A DNA stretch of 64,000 nucleotides. It comes from the human T2T-CHM13v2.0 reference genome, Homo sapiens. Under the pieces are notes generated by a model. That model had not been told where the DNA came from. It did not search any database and saw only the letters and a list, made by a program, of their open reading frames with translations. The DNA lies in the NCBI RefSeq assembly GCF_009914755.1, contig NC_060947.1; one strand, written 5' to 3'. Below, piece after piece: positions 57,886-64,000 of the stretch. Numbering within the stretch: position 1 is the stretch's first letter; every line of letters starts with the position of its first letter. The translations under genes and the position numbers were made by a program.

Positions 57886-60867
57886 CTGTTTGAGCTCTTT
57901 ATATGTTGTGATTATTAATCTCTTGTCAGATGGGTAGTTTGCAAATATTTTCTCCCATTCTGTAAGTTATTGCTTCACTTTTTTTATTGTATCTTTTGTT
58001 GTGCAGAAACTTCTTAACTTGATGTTATCCCACTTGTCCATTTTTTTCTTTGGTTGCCTGCTCTTATTGTCTATTGCTCAAGAATTCTTTGCCCAGACCA
58101 ATATCCTGGAGATTTTTTCAGTGTTTTCTTGTAATAGCCTTTGACTTTGGGGTCTTAGAGTTAAGTCTTTAATCCATTTTCATTTGATTTTGGTATATGG
58201 CAAGAGATAGAGGTTTAGTTTCATTCTTCTGAATATAGGGATCCAGTTTTCCCAGCACCATTTATTGAAGAAACTGGCCTTTCCCCATGATATGTTCTTG
58301 GAACCTTTGTCAAAAATGAATTCACTCTTGGGGTGTGGATTTCTTTCTGCGTTCTCTATTCTGTTCCATTGATCTATGTGTCTGTTTTCATGCAAGTTCC
58401 AGCTGTTTTGGTTACTATAGCTTTGTAGTATTATTTGAGGACATGTTATGTGATTCCTCAAGTTTTGTTCTTTCGCTTAGAATAGCTTTGGCTATTCTGG
58501 GTCTTTTGTGGTTTCATATTAATTTTAGGATTTTTTTTTCTAAATCTGTGAAGAATGTCATTGGTATTTTGATAGGATTGCATTAAATGTGTAGATAGCT
58601 TAGGGTAGTATGGACATTTTAACAACATTCATTCTTCCAATCCATGAAAATGGAATTTTTTTTCCATTTATTGGTGCACTCTTCAATTTATTTCATCGAT
58701 GTTTCATAGTTTTATCATAGAGGCCTCTCACTTCTTTGGTTAATTACTAGGTAATTAATTTTATGTGTGGCTATTGTAAATAGGACTAATTTTATTTTCT
58801 TTTTACATTGGTCACTGTTGGTATATAGAATTGCTACTAATTTTTGTATGTTGATTTTGTATCCTGCAACTTTACTGAATATTTTTATCACTTCTAATAG
58901 TTTTCTTGTGGAGTTGTTAGGTTTTTTCAAATATAAGATTATATCATATTCATACAAGAATAATTTGACTTCTTCCTTCCTAATTTGGATTCTTTTATAT
59001 TTTTCTTATGGCTCATTGCTCCAGCTGGAACTTCCAGTGCTATGTTGAATAACAGTAGTGGCAGTGGGCATTCCTGTCATGTTCCAGATGTTAGAGGAAA
59101 GGCTTTCAGTTTTTCACCATTCGCTGTGATACTATGTATTAGTCTTTCATATATGGCTTTGATTATGTTGAGGAATGTTCCGTCTATTCCCAGGTTTTTT
59201 AGGGTTTTTATCATGAAAGGATGTTGAATTCTATCAAATGGTTTTTCAGGATCAATTGAAATGATCATACAGTTTTTATCCTTCATTCTCTTGATATATC
59301 ACATTGATTTGTTTATATTGAACCATCTTTGCATCCCAAAGATAAATCTCACTTGGTAATGATGAATGATCTTTTGAATGTATTGTTGATTTTAGCTTGC
59401 TAGTATTTTGTTGAGGATTTTTGCATCAATACTCATCAGAGATATTGGCCTGTAGTTTTATCTTTTTATTGTGTCAGTCTGGTTTTGGTATCAGGGTAAT
59501 ACTGGACTCATAGAATGAATTTGGCATTACTCCCTCCCCCTCTATTTATTGAAATAGTTTGAATAGGATTGGCATTAATCACTTAAATGTTTGGTTGCAT
59601 TCAGCAGTTTAGTCATGGGGTCCCAGGCTTTTTTTTTTTTTCTTTTTTTTTGATGGGAGAGTTTTTATTATGGCTTCAATCTCATTACTTGCTATTGATC
59701 TGTTCAGATTTTGGATTTCTTCTTGGTTCAATCTTGCTAGGTTGTATGTATACATGAATTTGTCCATTTCTTCTACATTTTCCAAATTATTAGCTTAGAG
59801 TTGCTCATAGTAGTCACTAACGATCCTTTGAATTTCTGCAGTATCAATTATAATGCCTCCCTTTTCATTTCTGATTTTATTTATTTGGATCTTCTCTCTT
59901 TTTTTCTTAGTCTGAATAAAGGTTCTCAATTTTGTCTAACTTTTAAAAAACCAGCATTTTTTTAACCTATCTTTGTATTGTATTTTTATCTTAATTTCAT
60001 TTATTTGTGCTCTGATATTTATTATCTCTTTTCTTCTACTAACTTTGGTTTGATTTGCTCTTACTTTTCTAGTTCTTTAAGATGGATTATTACATTATTC
60101 ATCTGAAGATTTTCCTCTTTTTGGATGTAGGCATTTATAGCCATAAACTTTCCCCTTGATACTGCTTTTGCTGTATTCCATAGGTTTTGGTATGTTGTGT
60201 TTCCATTATGATTTGTTTCAAGAAATTTTTGAATTCATTCTTAATTTCGTCATTGACCAACTGGTCATTCAGCAGCATATTGTTTAATTTCCATTTATTT
60301 ATATAGGTTTCAAAGTTCTTGTTATTTATTTCTAGTTGTATTTCACTGTGGTCAGAGAAAATGCCAGATATTATTTTAATTTTTTTGAATGTCTTAAGAC
60401 ATATTTTGTGACCTAACATATTATCTATCCTTGAGAATGATCCATGTGCTAAGGAAAAGAATGTATATTATATAGTCGTTAGATGAAATGTTCTGTAAAT
60501 ATCTATTAGGTCCATTTGGTCTATAATAGTCCAGACTAAATATGATGTTTCATTGTTGATTTTCCTTATGGAAGATCTGTCCAATGCTGAAGGTCTGGTG
60601 GTGAAGTCTCCAGTTATTATTGTATTGGGAACTATCCCTCTCTTTAGCTCTAATAATATTTGCTTTATATATCCAGGTGCTCCAGTGTACATATATATTT
60701 AAAATTCTTATATTCTTTTGTGAAATTGACCCCATTATCATTATATAGTGAACTTCTTTGTCTCTTCTCATAGTTTTTGTCTTGAAATCTAATTTGTCTG
60801 ATACAAATATAGTGACCCTTGCTCATTTTGGGTTTCCATTGTCCTGAAATATTTTTCCATCCTTTAA

Positions 60868-61191
<324 letters not shown>

Positions 61192-64000
61192 TATGTGTGC
61201 CTTTTTAGGTGAAGTGTTTCTTGTAAGCAACAGATCAGTGGGTCTTGCTTCTTTATCCATGCAGCTGGTTTATGTCTTTCGATTGGAGAATTCAGTCTAT
61301 TTACATTTAATGTTACTATTGATAAGTAAGGACCTACTCTTGCCATTTTCTTATTTATTTTCTGGTTGTTTATGATCTTCTCTTTCTTTTTTCTTTCCTT
61401 CCTGTCTTCCTCTAGTGAAGGTTATTTTCTCTGGTGATATGATTAAGTTTCTTTCTTTTTATTTTTTATGTATCCATTATATGCTTTTTGGTTTGGAGGT
61501 TACCGTGAGGCTTGCAAATACTAACTTATATCCCCTTATTTTAATATGATAACAACTTAATACTCTTTGTATAACAAGCAAAAAGAAAGAAAACAAATAA
61601 AAACTCTATGCCTCAACTTTGCTCCCCCACTTTTAACCTTTTTGTTGTTTCTATTTATATCTTATTGTACTGACTCTGTCTTGAAAAGTTGTTGTAGTTA
61701 TTATTTTTGATGGGTTCATCTTTTTGCTTTTCTGCTTAAGATAATAGTAGTTTACATGCCACAGTTAGTTTTATAATATTCGGTATTTTTCTGTGTACTT
61801 ACTATTATCATTAGGTTTTGTATTTTCAGGTGATTATTTATTGCTTATTAATGTCCTTTTCTTTCTAATTGAAGTACTCCCTATAGCATTTCCTGTAGGC
61901 CTGGTCTGATATTGCTGAAATGCCACTGCTTTTGTTTGTCTGAGAAAGTCTTCATTTCTCTTGCATGTTTGATGAATATTTTAGCTGGATATACTATTCT
62001 AGGGTAAAAGTTGTTTTTCCTTCAGCACTTTAAATATGTCATGCCACTCTCCCCTTGCCTGTAAGGTTTCCACTGAAAAGTCAACTGCCAGATATATTGG
62101 AGCTCCAGTGTATGACATGTGTTGCTTTTCTCTTGCTGCTTTTAGAATCCTTTCTTAACTGTTAACCTTTGAGAGTATGATTATTAAATGGCTTGAGGTA
62201 ACCTTCTCCAGGTTGAATCTGCTTTATGTTCGATTTCTTTCTTATACTTGGATATTGATGTCTTTCTCTAGGTTTGAGAAGTTTTCTGTTATTATCCCTT
62301 TGAATTATCTTTCTACTCCTATCTCTTTCTCTACTTCCTTCAAGGCTAATAACTCTTAAATTTGTCCTTTTGAGGCTATTTTCTTGATCCTATAGGTGTG
62401 CTTCATTTTTTTTATTCTTTTTTCTTTTGACTCTTCTGTGTATTTTCAAATAGCCTGTCTTCAAGCTCAGTAATTCTTTCTTCTGCTTGATCAATTCTGC
62501 TAATTAAAGGATGATGATGCATTATTCAGTAAGCCAATTGCATTGTTCAGCTTCAGAATTTCTGCATTATTATTCATAATTATTTTAATCTCTTTGTTCA
62601 GTTTATCAGATAGAATTCTAAATTCCTTCTCTGTGTTATCTTGACCTTTTTTTGAGTTTCCTCAACACAGCTATTTTGAATTATCTGTCTGCAAGGTCAC
62701 ATACCCCTGTTCCTCCAGGACTGGTCCCTAGTTCTTATTGAGTTCATTTGGTGAGGTCATGTTTTTCTGGATGGTGGTGATGCTAGTAGATATTCTTCAG
62801 TGTCTGGGCATTGAAGAGCTAGATATGTATTGTAGTCTTCACTGTCTTATCTGTAGCCACCCTTCTTTGGAAGGCTTTCCAGATGTTTGAAAGGATGTGA
62901 GTGTTGTGATCTAAGCAGTATCTTCTTTAGGGGGCACTCCAATCCCATTAATGCTGTGGTTCTTGCAGACGCATAGTGGTGCTGCCTTTATGGTATTAAA
63001 CAAGATCCAGGAGATTTCTCTGGATTATCAGGCAGAGACTCTTGTTCTCTTCTCTTACATTCCCCCAAACAAACAGAGTCCCTCTCTATCTTTTCTAACC
63101 CATGTAAAGCTGGAGCTGGAGTGACAATAAGCACCCCTGTGGTCACCACCACTATGACCCTGCTGGGTCACACCTGAAGCCAGCACAGTGCTGGGTCTCA
63201 TTCAAGACCCACTGTTACTACTCCCTGGCTACTTCCCATGTTTGCTCAAGGCCCTGGTGCTCTACAATCAGCATGTGGCAAAGCCAGCCAAGCCTATGCT
63301 CTTCCCTTCATGGCAGTGAGGTCCCCCAGACCCTATGTGCGTCCAGAAGAACTGTTTGGTAGTCAGGGACTAGCATCAAAAACCTTAGAAATCTACCTAA
63401 TGTTTTAATGTATTCATCTGAGCTGATATTCAAACCACAAGACACAGTTCTTCCCACTCTTCCCCCCTCTTTCCAAAGGCAGAGGAGCCTCTCGCCATAG
63501 CCACCACCACCTCAGGCCATGAGGTATACTGCCAGACTACCACCAATACTCCCTTATGACCCAAGGTCTCTTAAGTCAACTTATTGTGAATGCTGCCTGC
63601 CCTGGGACTCACCCTTCAGGGCAATGGCCTCTCCTCTGACTCAGGTCAGGTCCAGAAATGCCACCTAAGGGTCAAGTCCTGTAATCACAGACCCCAGGAG
63701 CTCACTTGGTGGTCTACTGACCTCCACCCCTGTGGCCTGATATTGCTGAAATCCCACAGCTTTTGGTTGTGCTGGTACCTCAGATGCAAGACAAAGTCCC
63801 ATTTACTTTTCTGTCTGCTTTTCTCAAGCAGGAGTTTTGCCCCGGAGCCACCATATCTGTTAATGCACTGAGCCTCACCTGGAGCCAGCCCATCTCAGAG
63901 AATGACCAAGACCCTCAATGTAGTACCTGGGTATTGCTGCTGGTTATGCAGGGCCGAAGGGCTCTTCAGTTAGCAGACGATAAAAGCTGGCAGGAATGGG

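Overview
AT-rich, CpG-poor primate (human-like) non-coding DNA dominated by interspersed repeats. It contains L1s of many ages (L1PA2, L1PA5/6, L1PA8, L1PA10-13, L1PB, L1MA/MD, HAL1), about 14 Alu/FRAM copies, L2/MIR relics, six LTR elements (MER31-like, a complete THE1C-type provirus, MER66/LTR47-like, LTR12, THE1A, MLT1D) and three DNA-transposon MITEs. The only gene-derived sequence I can support is a full-length processed VDAC1 pseudogene (minus strand, W75* plus a +2 frameshift) inserted into a THE1A LTR. No intact protein-coding exon, RNA gene or CRISPR array is evident; most ORF-track entries are L1, Alu or LTR fragments. I see no convincing new biological system. The best leads are mechanistic or regulatory: the VDAC1 retrocopy sits just downstream of the LTR TATA position in the same orientation; there is an L1 3' transduction; two twin-primed L1s and one internally deleted L1 have breakpoints at nearly the same ORF2 position; there is a short templated inverted insertion; and the THE1C 5' LTR has an intact DUX4 motif. 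Subfamily names come from recalled diagnostic motifs, not a RepeatMasker run, and boundaries of old elements are approximate.
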